The notes beneath the pieces were generated by a model. The model saw only the letters and a list, made by a program, of their open reading frames with translations. It had not been told where the DNA came from and ran no database searches. Made by a program: the position numbers and the translations under genes. Shown here piece after piece: positions 30,781 to 41,468 of a DNA stretch of 60,141 nt. This DNA comes from Spirochaetia bacterium. GTDB lineage: Bacteria > Spirochaetota > Spirochaetia > CADAEX01. The stretch's first letter is position 1; each line of letters opens with the position of its first letter. The stretch lies in assembly GCA_963662265.2 (NCBI GenBank), contig CAXXHA010000037.1, positions 1 through 60,141 of the forward strand. Reading direction: 5' to 3'.

Positions 30781-30809
30781 TTGTTACACTTTCACTGTGA
30801 TATTATTCT
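30781..30809 (+). promoter_or_regulatory. Sigma70-type promoter, probably leaderless, for add
   Basis: TTGTTA-17-TATTCT, then 7 nt to ATG 30817; no SD. Confidence 0.5.
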
Positions 30810-30816
30810 TAATACT

Positions 30817-31887
30817 ATGATAGAAAAAGAAATAATAGAAAAAATGCCAAAAGTTGAACTTCATGATCACCTTGACGGCGGGTTAAGACCTGAAACAATC
30901 ATTGAACTGGCTGCAAAACAGAAACTGGAAATTCCGTCCCAGGATCCTTCTGAGCTTGCTTCATGGTTCCACCGGGGAGCTGACAGGAAAAGCCTGGCTC
31001 TCTACCTGGAAGGCTTTGCTATCACAGTTTCCCTGATGCAGAATAAGCAGGCAATCAGGAGAATTGCAAAAGAGGCAATTATAGACAGGGCTGATCAGAA
31101 TATTGTCTATACAGAAATCAGATTTGCACCTTCACTATGCACTCAGAACGGACTTAATCTTGAGGAAATTGTTGAATCAGCTCTCGAAGGTCTTGAAGAG
31201 GGAAGCGCGGAAACAGGGACAGTATATGGTTTAATCCTCTGCGCAATGAGAGACCAGCAGGATTCGCTTGAGATAGCTGAACTTGCTGTAGCATACAGAA
31301 CAAGAGGTGTTGTAGGTTTTGACATAGCTGGTGACGAATTCGGACATCCGCCAAAAAGACACATAGAAGCATTCCAGTATATAAGGAATAAAAACTTCAA
31401 TATAACAATTCATGCAGGTGAAGCATTCGGCGTTGAATCAATCTGGCAGGCTGTTCAAATCTGCGGAGCACACAGGATTGGACACGCTACAAGACTTGTC
31501 GAAGATATGACAATATCTGATTCAAACATAATCAGGATGGGGACCCTGTCTCATTTCATCAGAAACAGGAGAATTCCTCTTGAAATATGCCTTTCATCAA
31601 ATGTACAGACAGGCGCAGCCGAGTCAATTGAAACACATCCGTTCTGGATATACTATAAAAACGGGTTCAGGGTTTTCCTGTGCTCAGACAATATTCTGAT
31701 GAGCAATACAAACCTGACCAGGGAATTCATTATTGCATCTGAAACGTTTGAACTGGATATTCATGACCTTGAAAAGCTTACAATAAATGCAATGAAATCA
31801 GCATTTATCAATCATGATGAAAGACTCGATATTATATATGAGATTATAAAGCCGGAATTTACTGAACTTAAAAAACTATCAGGCTGA
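30817..31887 (+). CDS. add: Adenosine deaminase
   Basis: PKVELHDHLDGGLR, GFDIAGDE, TIHAGE, RIGH, LEICLSSN, SDN. Confidence 0.92.
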   Translation: MIEKEIIEKMPKVELHDHLDGGLRPETIIELAAKQKLEIPSQDPSELASWFHRGADRKSLALYLEGFAITVSLMQNKQAIRRIAKEAIIDRADQNIVYTEIRFAPSLCTQNGLNLEEIVESALEGLEEGSAETGTVYGLILCAMRDQQDSLEIAELAVAYRTRGVVGFDIAGDEFGHPPKRHIEAFQYIRNKNFNITIHAGEAFGVESIWQAVQICGAHRIGHATRLVEDMTISDSNIIRMGTLSHFIRNRRIPLEICLSSNVQTGAAESIETHPFWIYYKNGFRVFLCSDNILMSNTNLTREFIIASETFELDIHDLEKLTINAMKSAFINHDERLDIIYEIIKPEFTELKKLSG

Positions 31888-32062
31888 ATCTGAAAACTTA
31901 TTACTGTATTCACCTGAAAGAAAACTGTTTAATTTTTATTCCCAGCATAATGCAATATTCAAGACTTTCATATTTTTTTCATCGTAATGACCAGGTTCCG
32001 CCAGCATAAATATAAATCATTCCCTATTTGACATTGTGTCATGTATGTGTAATATTTAATCT

Positions 32063-32281
32063 ATGTTTGGAAGTAAAAGCTATATATACCTGATTGATTC
32101 TCTCAGCGACGCAAATGCACCGATGCTCAGGACAGCTCTTGAAACAGTACCGGGTGTTAAAAAAGTTCTTATATCTCCTGTTAAGGGGCTTATTGAAGTA
32201 CAGTCAAAATCTGATGTGACTGATTCTGTGAAACTTGCATGTGATGTTGCCGGTGTAAAACTGAGAACCCAGGTTAAATAA
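32063..32281 (+). CDS. HMA-fold-like small protein lacking the CxxC metal motif
   Basis: ALETVPGVKKV pattern typical of HMA domains; promoter TTGACA-16-TAATAT at 32028-32055. Confidence 0.6.
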   Translation: MFGSKSYIYLIDSLSDANAPMLRTALETVPGVKKVLISPVKGLIEVQSKSDVTDSVKLACDVAGVKLRTQVK

Positions 32282-32295
32282 AAAATCATAAAAAA

Positions 32296-32325
32296 AATGC
32301 AGCACTGACAGAATCAGGCTGCATT
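32296..32325. terminator. Stem-loop between convergent genes
   Basis: AATGCAGC...GCTGCATT, preceded by an A run (U tract on the minus strand). Confidence 0.5.
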
Positions 32326-32393
32326 GTAAATTTCTAAAAAAGTTTTTCTTTGATTATTACAATCAGTTTCGATAAACAATTCATTTTTTAATA

Positions 32394-33353
32394 TTATCCT
32401 CTCACATGACATGATGTAAAATGTCCGGGTTTTATCTCCTTTATTTCAGGATATTCCTTCTCACAGATATCTTTTTTATAGGGACACCTGGGATGGAAAT
32501 AACAGCCCTTTGGTGGATTGATAGGAGAAGGCACATCTCCAAGAAGGATTCTCTCCTTTCTCTTATTCTCAGGATCAATTCCGGGAGAAGCATTGAAAAG
32601 CGCTTCTGTATAGGGATGCCTGTGCCCCTCTACAAGATCTTTATTGTCCGCCATCTCAACTATCTTGCCGAGATACATGACAATGATTCTGTCAGAAATA
32701 AACTCAACAACAGAAAGGTCATGCGCAATGAAAAGATATGTAAGTGAATATTTCTTCTGCAGATCTTTGAGAAGATTAAGGGTCTGCGCCTGAATAGACA
32801 CATCAAGAGCGGAAACCGCCTCATCACAGACAATAAGCTCCGGTTTTAGTGCAAGGGCTCTTGCAATGCCTATTCTCTGTCTCTGACCTCCGGAAAACTG
32901 GTGGGGATAACGGTTCTTATAATCAACATTAAGTCCCACCTCGTTCATCAGTTCCTCCACCCTGTCTCTGATTTCCGCGGCAGTTCCCCTTTTATGAATT
33001 GCAAGGGGCTGGGAAATCAGGGAATCAACCCTTTTTCTGGGATTGAGAGAGGAAAAAGGATCCTGGAAAATCATCTGCATCTTCTGTCTTTCATTTTTAA
33101 GCTCTGAATGATCAAGCGCAAAAAGATCTCTCCCGTTGAATTTGACAGATCCCTCTGTTATATCATTAAGCCGGAGAATTGTTCTTCCCAGAGTCGATTT
33201 CCCGCACCCGGACTCTCCGACTATTCCCAGGGTTTCTGATTTTTTTACGGAAAAAGAAACACCATCAACAGCCTTGAGGATCTGTTTTTCCTCTTTGATT
33301 GATCCAGATTTTATTTCAAAATATTTTTTTAAATTTTCAACTTCCAATAACAT
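32394..33353 (-). CDS. dppF: Dipeptide/oligopeptide ABC transporter ATP-binding subunit
   Basis: [28 protein letters not shown]-terminal GCYFHPRC. Confidence 0.92.
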   Translation of the reverse strand: MLLEVENLKKYFEIKSGSIKEEKQILKAVDGVSFSVKKSETLGIVGESGCGKSTLGRTILRLNDITEGSVKFNGRDLFALDHSELKNERQKMQMIFQDPFSSLNPRKRVDSLISQPLAIHKRGTAAEIRDRVEELMNEVGLNVDYKNRYPHQFSGGQRQRIGIARALALKPELIVCDEAVSALDVSIQAQTLNLLKDLQKKYSLTYLFIAHDLSVVEFISDRIIVMYLGKIVEMADNKDLVEGHRHPYTEALFNASPGIDPENKRKERILLGDVPSPINPPKGCYFHPRCPYKKDICEKEYPEIKEIKPGHFTSCHVRG

Positions 33354-33496
33354 AAGTATCTCCGGAAAAATATATTTACAGTTCCATATAATGAAACCTG
33401 GATATCTGTACAGTAACAGATATTTATTCAGGCGTTATCAGCCTGCAATGGAGTTTTTCTAATAAAAGAAAACCCGCCATTATCCCGTAAAATCAA

Positions 33497-34174
33497 TTAC
33501 GGGAAAAAATATTTAACAGCAACGACAAAAACCATTGCCGGAAGAAGGTTTGCAACCTTGATCTTCTTGATATCCAGAAGATTAATCCCAAGCCCCAGGA
33601 GGAGCAGCCCGCCGACTGCTGTCACCTCTGTAATAACTGTTTCAGTAAAAACTGCCTGCAGAGAAGATGCAGCGAGAGTAAGGGCGCCCTGAACAACAAG
33701 AAGGGGAATAATTGAGAAAATCACCCCGACTCCCAGAGCTGCGGCAAAGGAAATAGACACAAAACCGTCAAGCAGGGACTTGATAAGAAGAAGGTTCGGA
33801 GGATTGCCGAGTCCCTCTTCAAAACAGCCCAGTATAGTCATCGGACCTACACAGAAGAGGAGAAAAGGGGTAACAATACCTTCAGAAAATCTTGCATTAT
33901 CAGACTTGATAAGCTTTTTAAGAGCTTCGCCTGACTTTTCAAGTTTTGCCTCAATATGAATCAATTCTCCTGTAACAGCGCCCAGAAGAAGACTCAAGCC
34001 CGCTATCAGAAAATTACCTGTCTTCAAAGCAGATGCCATACCGACTGCAAGCGTAAAAAGGCCGGCTGCCTGAAAAATGATTTTCATGAATCTTTCCGGC
34101 AGTTTTGAATGTATCATCAATCCCACCATTCCGCCGGCTGCAACAGCTGCAGCATTTATAATTGTCCCAACCAC
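33497..34174 (-). CDS. DUF554 (YqgA/YdfK-like) membrane protein
   Basis: GTIINAAAV, LFCVGPMTILG, KSLLDG, IKVANLLPA; GTG start. Confidence 0.88.
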   Translation of the reverse strand: MVGTIINAAAVAAGGMVGLMIHSKLPERFMKIIFQAAGLFTLAVGMASALKTGNFLIAGLSLLLGAVTGELIHIEAKLEKSGEALKKLIKSDNARFSEGIVTPFLLFCVGPMTILGCFEEGLGNPPNLLLIKSLLDGFVSISFAAALGVGVIFSIIPLLVVQGALTLAASSLQAVFTETVITEVTAVGGLLLLGLGINLLDIKKIKVANLLPAMVFVVAVKYFFP

Positions 34175-34314
34175 TTATTTCCAACTCCGTAACTGCTGAC
34201 AGCTCGTCAGCTTCTTCTTGTAATTATATTCCGGGAAAACATTCCCGGTTCATTAATCTCATGAAGCAGCATAACACTGACTGCGGCTGTTCATGAATCT
34301 GTTACATCAAACCT

Positions 34315-35289
34315 TTAAAAAGGAAAATGGCACCTTGCAATATGCCCATCACCGAATTCCTTCATTTCAGGAAGTTCTGTTTCACAAATATCCTTTTTTC
34401 TCTCACACCTGTTGCAGAACGGGCAACCCTCTCCCAGGTCAAAAAGGCCTGGTACAGATCCCGGAATAGCTTCCAGAGTTTCCGCATCCTTGTATTTTTT
34501 ATTGGCAGGAATTGAGTTAAGAAGCCCGACAGTATAGGGATGATGAGGGTTGTCAAATATTTCATTGACAGAAGCCTCTTCAACCATTATGCCGGCATAC
34601 ATTACAGCAACCCTGTCTGCCATTTCCGCAACAACTCCCATATCATGGGTAATCAGAAGCAGGGACATTCCCAGCTTTTCCTGAAGACTGTTCATAAGGT
34701 CGAGAATCTGGGCCTGTATTGTTACATCCAGAGCTGTTGTAGGCTCATCCGCAATGAGTAGTTCAGGGTTTGGAGAGGCAAGCGCCATTGCAATCATCAC
34801 ACGCTGCCTCATACCCCCTGAAAGCTGGTGGGGGTAATCATTGACCCGTTTCTCAGGAGCAGGAATACCTACAAGCTTCAGGATTTCAACAGATTTTTCA
34901 AGCGCCTCTTTTTTATTCAGCTTATGATGATTTAAATAGACCTCGGAAATCTGATCCCCTATTTTAAAAACAGGATTGAGAGAAGTCATCGGCTCCTGAA
35001 AAATCATTGATATGCTGTTGCCCCTCATTCCCTGCATTTCCTTTTCGGAAAGCTTAAGAAGGTCTTTTCCCTTGAAAAGGATTTCTCCTGATACAATCTT
35101 TCCGGGAGGGGACGGGATAAGACGCATGACAGAAAGCGATGTTACAGATTTTCCGCAGCCGGATTCCCCGACTAAAGCAAGAGTCTTTCCCTTCTCAACA
35201 GTTACAGACAGGTCTCTTACAGCTTTTGCAGTACCCTTGTCTGTAAAGAAATATGTATTTAAATTTTTTATTTCAAGTAATTTATCCAC
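34315..35289 (-). CDS. dppD: Dipeptide/oligopeptide ABC transporter ATP-binding subunit
   Basis: [37 protein letters not shown]. Confidence 0.92.
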   Translation of the reverse strand: MDKLLEIKNLNTYFFTDKGTAKAVRDLSVTVEKGKTLALVGESGCGKSVTSLSVMRLIPSPPGKIVSGEILFKGKDLLKLSEKEMQGMRGNSISMIFQEPMTSLNPVFKIGDQISEVYLNHHKLNKKEALEKSVEILKLVGIPAPEKRVNDYPHQLSGGMRQRVMIAMALASPNPELLIADEPTTALDVTIQAQILDLMNSLQEKLGMSLLLITHDMGVVAEMADRVAVMYAGIMVEEASVNEIFDNPHHPYTVGLLNSIPANKKYKDAETLEAIPGSVPGLFDLGEGCPFCNRCERKKDICETELPEMKEFGDGHIARCHFPF

Positions 35290-35431
35290 TATTCAACACC
35301 TTATTCTCAGAGCGGGTCTTTCTTTTTTCACAGCTTGCTGTGTTTTTTTATTTTTCACAGGATAGTATTTAACCCGCCATACAATCCATACCCTGATGAC
35401 AACAATCTCATTGCAGACAATGAGATTGTTT

Positions 35432-36286
35432 TTATGACTTTAACCTTGGATCAAGAGCATCCCTGAGTCCGTCGCCGAGAAGGTTGAACCCGAGCACAGA
35501 AAGAAGAATTGCAATTCCCGGAAATGTAACAACCCACCAGGCTGTTGCAACATATTCCCTCGCAGAGGAAACCATGAGTCCCCACTCAGGTGTCGGAGGA
35601 AGTGCCCCAAGTCCCAGGAAGGAAAGCGCTGCAGAAAAGATAATCGCATTCGCATATCCGAGTGTAGTCTGTACAATTAACGGCCCCAGGCAGTTTGGAA
35701 GAATTGATTTAAAAATCAGCTCCATATCTGATGCGCCGAGGGCTCTTTCCGCTGTAACATAATCAGCTTCTTTCTCAGCAAGAACAGAAGATCTGATAAT
35801 TCTTGCATACTGGGGAATCCCGATTATACCGATTGCTATCATCGCATTCGGAAGACTCGGGCCAAGTGCCGCAACAATTACAATTGCAAGCAGGATATAG
35901 GGAAAGGCGAGAAGAATATCCATAGATCTCATTACAAGGTGATCAAGCCATCCCCCGAAATATCCTGAAAACAGGCCGAAGAGAAGGCCGAAGAGAAGAG
36001 ATATACCTACAGAAATTGTACCTATAAGAAGAGATATTCTTGCACCGTACATAATCCTGGAAAGAATATCACGCCCGAAATCATCAGAACCGAAAATATA
36101 ACTGTTGGTACCCGGAGGGGAAAGCCTGTTATCAATGTTCTGGGCAAGCGGATCATAAGGGGCTGCAAAAGGAGCTGCTATTGCAACCAGAATAAAGAAA
36201 AGAATAATTCCAAGTCCTATCATTGCAGACTTGTTTTTCCTGAGCTGAAGCCAGTTATCATACCAGATTGAATTTTTATTTAGCAT
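35432..36286 (-). CDS. dppC: Peptide ABC transporter permease
   Basis: GSDDFGRDILSR, EAA-like loop, PPTPEWG, NLLGDGLRDALDP. Confidence 0.92.
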   Translation of the reverse strand: MLNKNSIWYDNWLQLRKNKSAMIGLGIILFFILVAIAAPFAAPYDPLAQNIDNRLSPPGTNSYIFGSDDFGRDILSRIMYGARISLLIGTISVGISLLFGLLFGLFSGYFGGWLDHLVMRSMDILLAFPYILLAIVIVAALGPSLPNAMIAIGIIGIPQYARIIRSSVLAEKEADYVTAERALGASDMELIFKSILPNCLGPLIVQTTLGYANAIIFSAALSFLGLGALPPTPEWGLMVSSAREYVATAWWVVTFPGIAILLSVLGFNLLGDGLRDALDPRLKS

Positions 36287-36302
36287 ATATGTTTAACCTT
36301 TA

Positions 36303-37316
36303 TCAGAGTTTTATTTTCGGATTAACAACCGCATACAGAATATCAACAACAAGATTTATAAGGACAAATGTTGAAGAGATAATAATTACACCGCCCTGTA
36401 CAGCAGGATAATCCCTTGCATTGAGTGCCTGGTAAATCCAACGTCCGATTCCCGGAAGAGCAAAAATTGTTTCTGTAAGAAGAGCACCGGCAAGCAGTGT
36501 ACCGAACTGAAGCCCGACAACTGTAATTACAGGGAGAAGTGCATTCTTGAGAGCATGCTTGAATATAACCTTGTTTTCATTGATGCCTTTTGCCCTTGCT
36601 GTCCTGATGTAATCCTGCCGTAAGACTTCCAGCATTGAACTTCTTGTTACACGGGCAATAATTGCAAGCGGAATTGTACCAAGCGCTATAGCGGGCAGAA
36701 TCAGGTGCTTCACCGCGGAAAAGAGATACTTTGGATCCCCTGTTTTAAAGAGATAGATAAATCCGTCAATAATAAAAAAATTTGTAATCGGTTCAAAAAA
36801 GTATCTTATATTTATTCGTCCCCCGGTCGGGAACATTCCAAGCCCGATGGAGAATACCATTATAAGAACAAGCCCCAGCCAGAACACAGGCATGGAAACC
36901 CCTACAAGAGCCCCTGCCATTGTGGCATAGTCTATTGCGGAATACTGCTTCGTGGCAGATATTACTCCTGCCAGTATCCCGAATACTGTCGACAGAATAA
37001 TTGCGACAAAAGATAATTCAAGTGTACAGGGATACCTGGCCTTGATCTCATCAATTACCTTCTGCCCGGTCTTGATAGACTTTCCAAAATCCAGTCTTAC
37101 AATCCGTTTCAGATAAATCCAGTACTGAACATGTACAGGCTTATCAAGCCCCAGTTCAGCCCTCACCTTTTCAACAGCCTCCTGAGAAACCCTTTCGCCA
37201 AGCATCATCCTGGCAGGATCTCCGGGGGCGAAAATCATCATAAAAAAGACGATTGTTACTACACCGAATATTGTCGGTATCAGCATTACCAGCCGTTTTG
37301 AGATGTATTTAAGCAT
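36303..37316 (-). CDS. dppB: Peptide ABC transporter permease
   Basis: PGDPA, DYIRTARAKG, HALKNA, RDYPAVQG. Confidence 0.92.
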   Translation of the reverse strand: MLKYISKRLVMLIPTIFGVVTIVFFMMIFAPGDPARMMLGERVSQEAVEKVRAELGLDKPVHVQYWIYLKRIVRLDFGKSIKTGQKVIDEIKARYPCTLELSFVAIILSTVFGILAGVISATKQYSAIDYATMAGALVGVSMPVFWLGLVLIMVFSIGLGMFPTGGRINIRYFFEPITNFFIIDGFIYLFKTGDPKYLFSAVKHLILPAIALGTIPLAIIARVTRSSMLEVLRQDYIRTARAKGINENKVIFKHALKNALLPVITVVGLQFGTLLAGALLTETIFALPGIGRWIYQALNARDYPAVQGGVIIISSTFVLINLVVDILYAVVNPKIKL

Positions 37317-37645
37317 TAAACATTTTCCTGCTTTTAATTAGTTTTTTATTGCTGTTTATCCGCAATTCAGCTTTATAAACAGCATATGATTATACCGTGG
37401 TAAAACAGCATGAAATAAATACATACCACGATCTATATCCTCTGATACAGTTCAACAAAAAATAACACTAAAGTTGATATCTATTATCCTGTAAACTTGA
37501 ATGAAATAATTATAACTTCATGAAAGCCTTATCTGCAGTTTTAAGAATCATCCTGACAAAGTTTTCAAAAAATCATTATTAGGAATGCCGGAAGACAGGT
37601 TTAAAGAACAGCGAACTGAAAACCGGCTCATAATTATACAGAAAA

Positions 37646-37673
37646 AGGGGGAGTTCTACAAAGAGCCCCCCCT
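37646..37673 (-). terminator. Stem-loop downstream of dppA (terminator or mRNA stabiliser)
   Basis: GGGGG...CCCCC stem flanked by A and T runs. Confidence 0.55.
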
Positions 37674-37702
37674 GTTTTTTTCAATTATATTGCATAATTG
37701 TC

Positions 37703-39313
37703 CTATTTTTTAAGCCAAACTTTATGGAAAACTCTCTTACTTGTAGGATAGAGAACAAAATCCATTACTTCGTTTTTCATAGGAGCAACTACGATAGAGT
37801 GTGCAATAGGAGCCCATGGGCATTCTTCATGAAAAATTTCCTGTGCTTTTCTGTAAAGTTTAACTCTCTTGTCAAAGTCAGTAGCTTTTTTAGCTTCTTC
37901 AACAAGATTGTTGTATTCTTCATTTCTCCAGAATGCATTGTTCATAGCAGGTTTTTCAGCTGCTGCAATTGAAAGAAGCATGTGGAGGAAGTTGTCAGGG
38001 TCGCCATTGTCACCTGTCCATCCGAGAAAACACATATCATGCTCGCCGTTGTCAGTCTTGTCGAGGTATGTACCCCATTCATATGTTACAAGTTCTGTTT
38101 CAACACCGATTTCCTTGAACTGAGCCTGCATGATTTCAGCAGCTTTTGCAGCGTTAACCATGTAAGGTCTTGACACAGGCATGTACCAGAAAGTTGTTTT
38201 GAATCCATCGGGATATCCGGCTTCAGCAAGAAGTTTTTTTGCCTTTGCAGGATCATATGGATATGCCTTTATATCATCATTGTATGACCACATTGTGGGA
38301 GGAATAGGATTCTTTGCAGGAGCACCGAATTCGCCGTATACACCCTTGATTACATCTTCCCTGTTGATTGCATAGTTTAATGCCTGTCTTACAAGTTTGT
38401 TGTCAAAAGGTTTTCTGTCATTGTTGAATGAAAGATATCCGACATTGAGACCTTCCTGAGTAATCAGTTTGAGGTTGCTGTCAGCTTTCATTTCATCAAT
38501 ATCATCTGGACTCGGATAATCTATAAGATCAACTTCCCCTGCCTTGAGAGCAAGGTATCTTGCAGTTGCATCCGGAATAGCTCTGAAAATAACTCTGTCA
38601 AGATATGCTTTTTCTCCCCAGTATTCTTCGAATCTGTCAATAGTGATTGAATCATCTTTGAGCCACTGAACAAATTTGAAAGGACCTGTTCCTACAGGGT
38701 TCTGAGGAAATGCTTCTCCGTATTTTTCAACAGCTTCAGGAGAAACAATTGCTGCAAAGTTCATTGCAAGGTTTGCAATAAAAGGAGCTTCAGGTCTCTG
38801 AAGGATGAATTTAACAGTATTGTCATCAACAGCAACAATTTCCTTGACAATATTGTTCATATCCATTGCGCCCCAGTATTTCCACGGGCCCATTTTGTAG
38901 TAAGGATGATCTTCCTTGAGCTGTCTTTCGAGTGAGAAAACTACATCATCTGCAGTAAAATCTGTTCCGTCATGGAATTTCACACCTTTTCTCAGATTAA
39001 AAACATATTCGAGTCCGTCATCAGAAATAGCCCAGCTTTCTGCGAGTCCCGGTTCAATTTCTGTTGTACCAGCCTTGAACTGCACAAGTGTTTCATAGAT
39101 ATTATCGCATACCATGTATGATTCGCCGTCTGTTTCCCTTGCAGGATCAAGACCTGTAGAATCACCGGACCGGCCGAAAACAAGAACTCCGCCTTTCTTT
39201 CCGCTGTCAGCAGAAACATCTTTTGATTCTTTTTTACCGCCTGCAAATGCTGAAAATGGAAGCATAATAGCGATAAGCAGAAGAACTACAAGAAGCTTAG
39301 AAATCTTTTTCAT
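37703..39313 (-). CDS. dppA: Peptide ABC transporter substrate-binding protein (family 5)
   Basis: LRKGVKFHDG, PVGTGPF, MPVSRPY, GWTGDNGDPDNF are DppA-like; start MKKISK at 39313 with SD GGAGAGG. Confidence 0.92.
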   Translation of the reverse strand: MKKISKLLVVLLLIAIMLPFSAFAGGKKESKDVSADSGKKGGVLVFGRSGDSTGLDPARETDGESYMVCDNIYETLVQFKAGTTEIEPGLAESWAISDDGLEYVFNLRKGVKFHDGTDFTADDVVFSLERQLKEDHPYYKMGPWKYWGAMDMNNIVKEIVAVDDNTVKFILQRPEAPFIANLAMNFAAIVSPEAVEKYGEAFPQNPVGTGPFKFVQWLKDDSITIDRFEEYWGEKAYLDRVIFRAIPDATARYLALKAGEVDLIDYPSPDDIDEMKADSNLKLITQEGLNVGYLSFNNDRKPFDNKLVRQALNYAINREDVIKGVYGEFGAPAKNPIPPTMWSYNDDIKAYPYDPAKAKKLLAEAGYPDGFKTTFWYMPVSRPYMVNAAKAAEIMQAQFKEIGVETELVTYEWGTYLDKTDNGEHDMCFLGWTGDNGDPDNFLHMLLSIAAAEKPAMNNAFWRNEEYNNLVEEAKKATDFDKRVKLYRKAQEIFHEECPWAPIAHSIVVAPMKNEVMDFVLYPTSKRVFHKVWLKK

Positions 39314-39500
39314 AATCCTCTCCATTTTTGATTAATAAAATTTTCAACATTATATTTTATTACTTATTAAAAGAGATGTCTATGAATTTTAATTTATTTA
39401 TCAGGATACATGAAATTATTTTATAATAGGGCGCTAACTTATAACCTGTGGTGGAAATTTCACTTTAATACCTGCACTTGACTTAATATGCCGGACCTTA

Positions 39501-40289
39501 TCAGGTCCTCAGATCAGCAGCCGAAACATCCGGATGGTGATACCTGCTCCTCGTATGAGTTTTATTCTTGTAGTTAATCGCATTTACAGGGCACCAGTTT
39601 ATACATCCCATACAGATTATGCACTTATCATGATATACAGGCCTTCCGTTTTCAATTGTTATATTGGAAACAGAACACACATCACGGCATATACCGCAGC
39701 CTGTACAGGCATCCGAGATATTGAATTTTCTGTCAAACCCCTTATACTGCTTCGGAAAGAGTGACCCGACAACATATGTCAGCACCCAGCCCACCAGCTT
39801 CCTGCTGAAATTAAGAGAAGTGTCTCGAGCTTCAATTTTTTTATAAATTGCTTCAAGATCTGAACTTGATTTTGCAAGCCGCTTTTCAACTTCACCCCGG
39901 CCTTTTGCAGTTGTTGTATCAAAAAGGTAAATACAGTTATCAGGCATTACAGCAGTATCGAAAAATGACAGGGAGACCCCTTTTGCTGAAAGCATTTTAC
40001 GGAGCACTGCACCGCATCTTCCCTCTTCCCCGCCCATTGTACAGATACTGAAAAAATACTCAGTATTCCGGAAATCAGCAGCTTTTATGAATTCTTTAAC
40101 AGGTTCCGGCAGGGTCCAGCTGTAGACAGGAAATACAATTCCGACTTCTTTCTCATCAATAACAGGAGATGACGATATAAGGGAATCTGTAATTTTAACA
40201 AGCTCATATTTCCCGCCTGAAAGCTCATTGATTTTTTCGGCAGCCTTAAATGAATTACCAGTAGCAGAAAACCAGAATATTTTTCCCAT
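39501..40289 (-). CDS. EFR1 family flavodoxin-ferredoxin fusion
   Basis: FSATGNS, FPVY, two 4Fe-4S motifs CTGCGIC and CIICMGCINWCP, RYHHP tail. Confidence 0.88.
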   Translation of the reverse strand: MGKIFWFSATGNSFKAAEKINELSGGKYELVKITDSLISSSPVIDEKEVGIVFPVYSWTLPEPVKEFIKAADFRNTEYFFSICTMGGEEGRCGAVLRKMLSAKGVSLSFFDTAVMPDNCIYLFDTTTAKGRGEVEKRLAKSSSDLEAIYKKIEARDTSLNFSRKLVGWVLTYVVGSLFPKQYKGFDRKFNISDACTGCGICRDVCSVSNITIENGRPVYHDKCIICMGCINWCPVNAINYKNKTHTRSRYHHPDVSAADLRT

Positions 40290-40329
40290 AACGCACCTCA
40301 TTTTTAGAAAGTATTTTTATAAAATTCCC

Positions 40330-41205
40330 TTATTCTACAACAGCACTGTAGCTCATCTCATTTACAGGCTGAATAGTAATCTTATTTCCCTCTTTAAACA
40401 CTTTAAGCTTGTTGTTCATGCCTTCATAAAAAACAAACCCGTTCTTTATCCTGACAAACCGGTATGTTCCGGAGTTGCCGAAAAGTCCCTTGTATTCAAT
40501 CAATATTTCATTTCCGTTATTAGTAACAGTAAATTGCTTATCCAGGGAAATCTGATTTACAGACTCCTGGGTAAAAACAGAATCTTTCCAGAATCCCGGA
40601 AACTCAACAGCATTGGAAGAGGAATCCCTGACTTTAGCCTTGCCCAGAAAGCCGAAAACTCCTCCCGGATTACACTGTAATTCATTTTCCGATACAAGAA
40701 TCTGAACATCAGTCTTAAACAGACCTTCCTCTATTTTAATCTCATTTTCAGAAAATTCCACTGTTGTTTTGCTTCCAATCACAGATTTATCTTCTCTCAT
40801 AAAGGAATTGCCGGATTTTTTATAGACTGTTGACGGACCAATCAGCGCCCTGCTTTTCTGTGTTATACTAAATTCTTTCTCATTGATTTTAAAAAACTCA
40901 ACCAGGTCAACACAGAGATTCCTGTTATAATCATAAAACAGCCCGTTGCCAAACCTTACACCCAGATAATGGTAGGGAACATATTCAACATCCTCTTTCT
41001 TCTCTGTTTCACTACTTCCGGATTGCCCCTTACCAACTTCACTTCTTATAAGATCGACTCTGAAATAGTATACATCATATCCCTTTTCAAGTTTCAGATC
41101 ATCCATCGGGACTTTATCCTCTTCCTTTACTGCCCCTGTTTCTATTGTAATGCAGCCGGACAGAAGAACAGTTATCAGAATTAATAACAGAATATTCTTT
41201 TTCAT
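40330..41205 (-). CDS. Hypothetical lipoprotein, beta-rich
   Basis: Lipobox LLSG-C after a hydrophobic signal; repeated GLF/GVFG beta-hairpin-like units; SD GGAGG. Confidence 0.75.
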   Translation of the reverse strand: MKKNILLLILITVLLSGCITIETGAVKEEDKVPMDDLKLEKGYDVYYFRVDLIRSEVGKGQSGSSETEKKEDVEYVPYHYLGVRFGNGLFYDYNRNLCVDLVEFFKINEKEFSITQKSRALIGPSTVYKKSGNSFMREDKSVIGSKTTVEFSENEIKIEEGLFKTDVQILVSENELQCNPGGVFGFLGKAKVRDSSSNAVEFPGFWKDSVFTQESVNQISLDKQFTVTNNGNEILIEYKGLFGNSGTYRFVRIKNGFVFYEGMNNKLKVFKEGNKITIQPVNEMSYSAVVE

Positions 41206-41357
41206 ATTTTCCTCCCGGGATTTTTATGAGGCAGTTCTAAATATTTATTTCTGTATTATCTTGCTGCTATTTATCTACAGGTTCGTGTTTATGACAATTT
41301 ATTCTACAAAACAACCTATTTTTTCTGTCAGTTCCCTTATAAGTAAACATCAAAGTG

Positions 41358-41382
41358 AAAAACCCGCAGAAGCGGGTTTTTT
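41358..41382. terminator. Bidirectional rho-independent terminator
   Basis: AAAAACCCGC-AGAA-GCGGGTTTTTT. Confidence 0.7.
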
Positions 41383-41468
41383 AGAACTGCCTATAAATTA
41401 ATATATTACAGATTTACTGTTTTTACTAATCATGTAGAATAATAATATTGAGCTGCTTTTTTCCGGTA

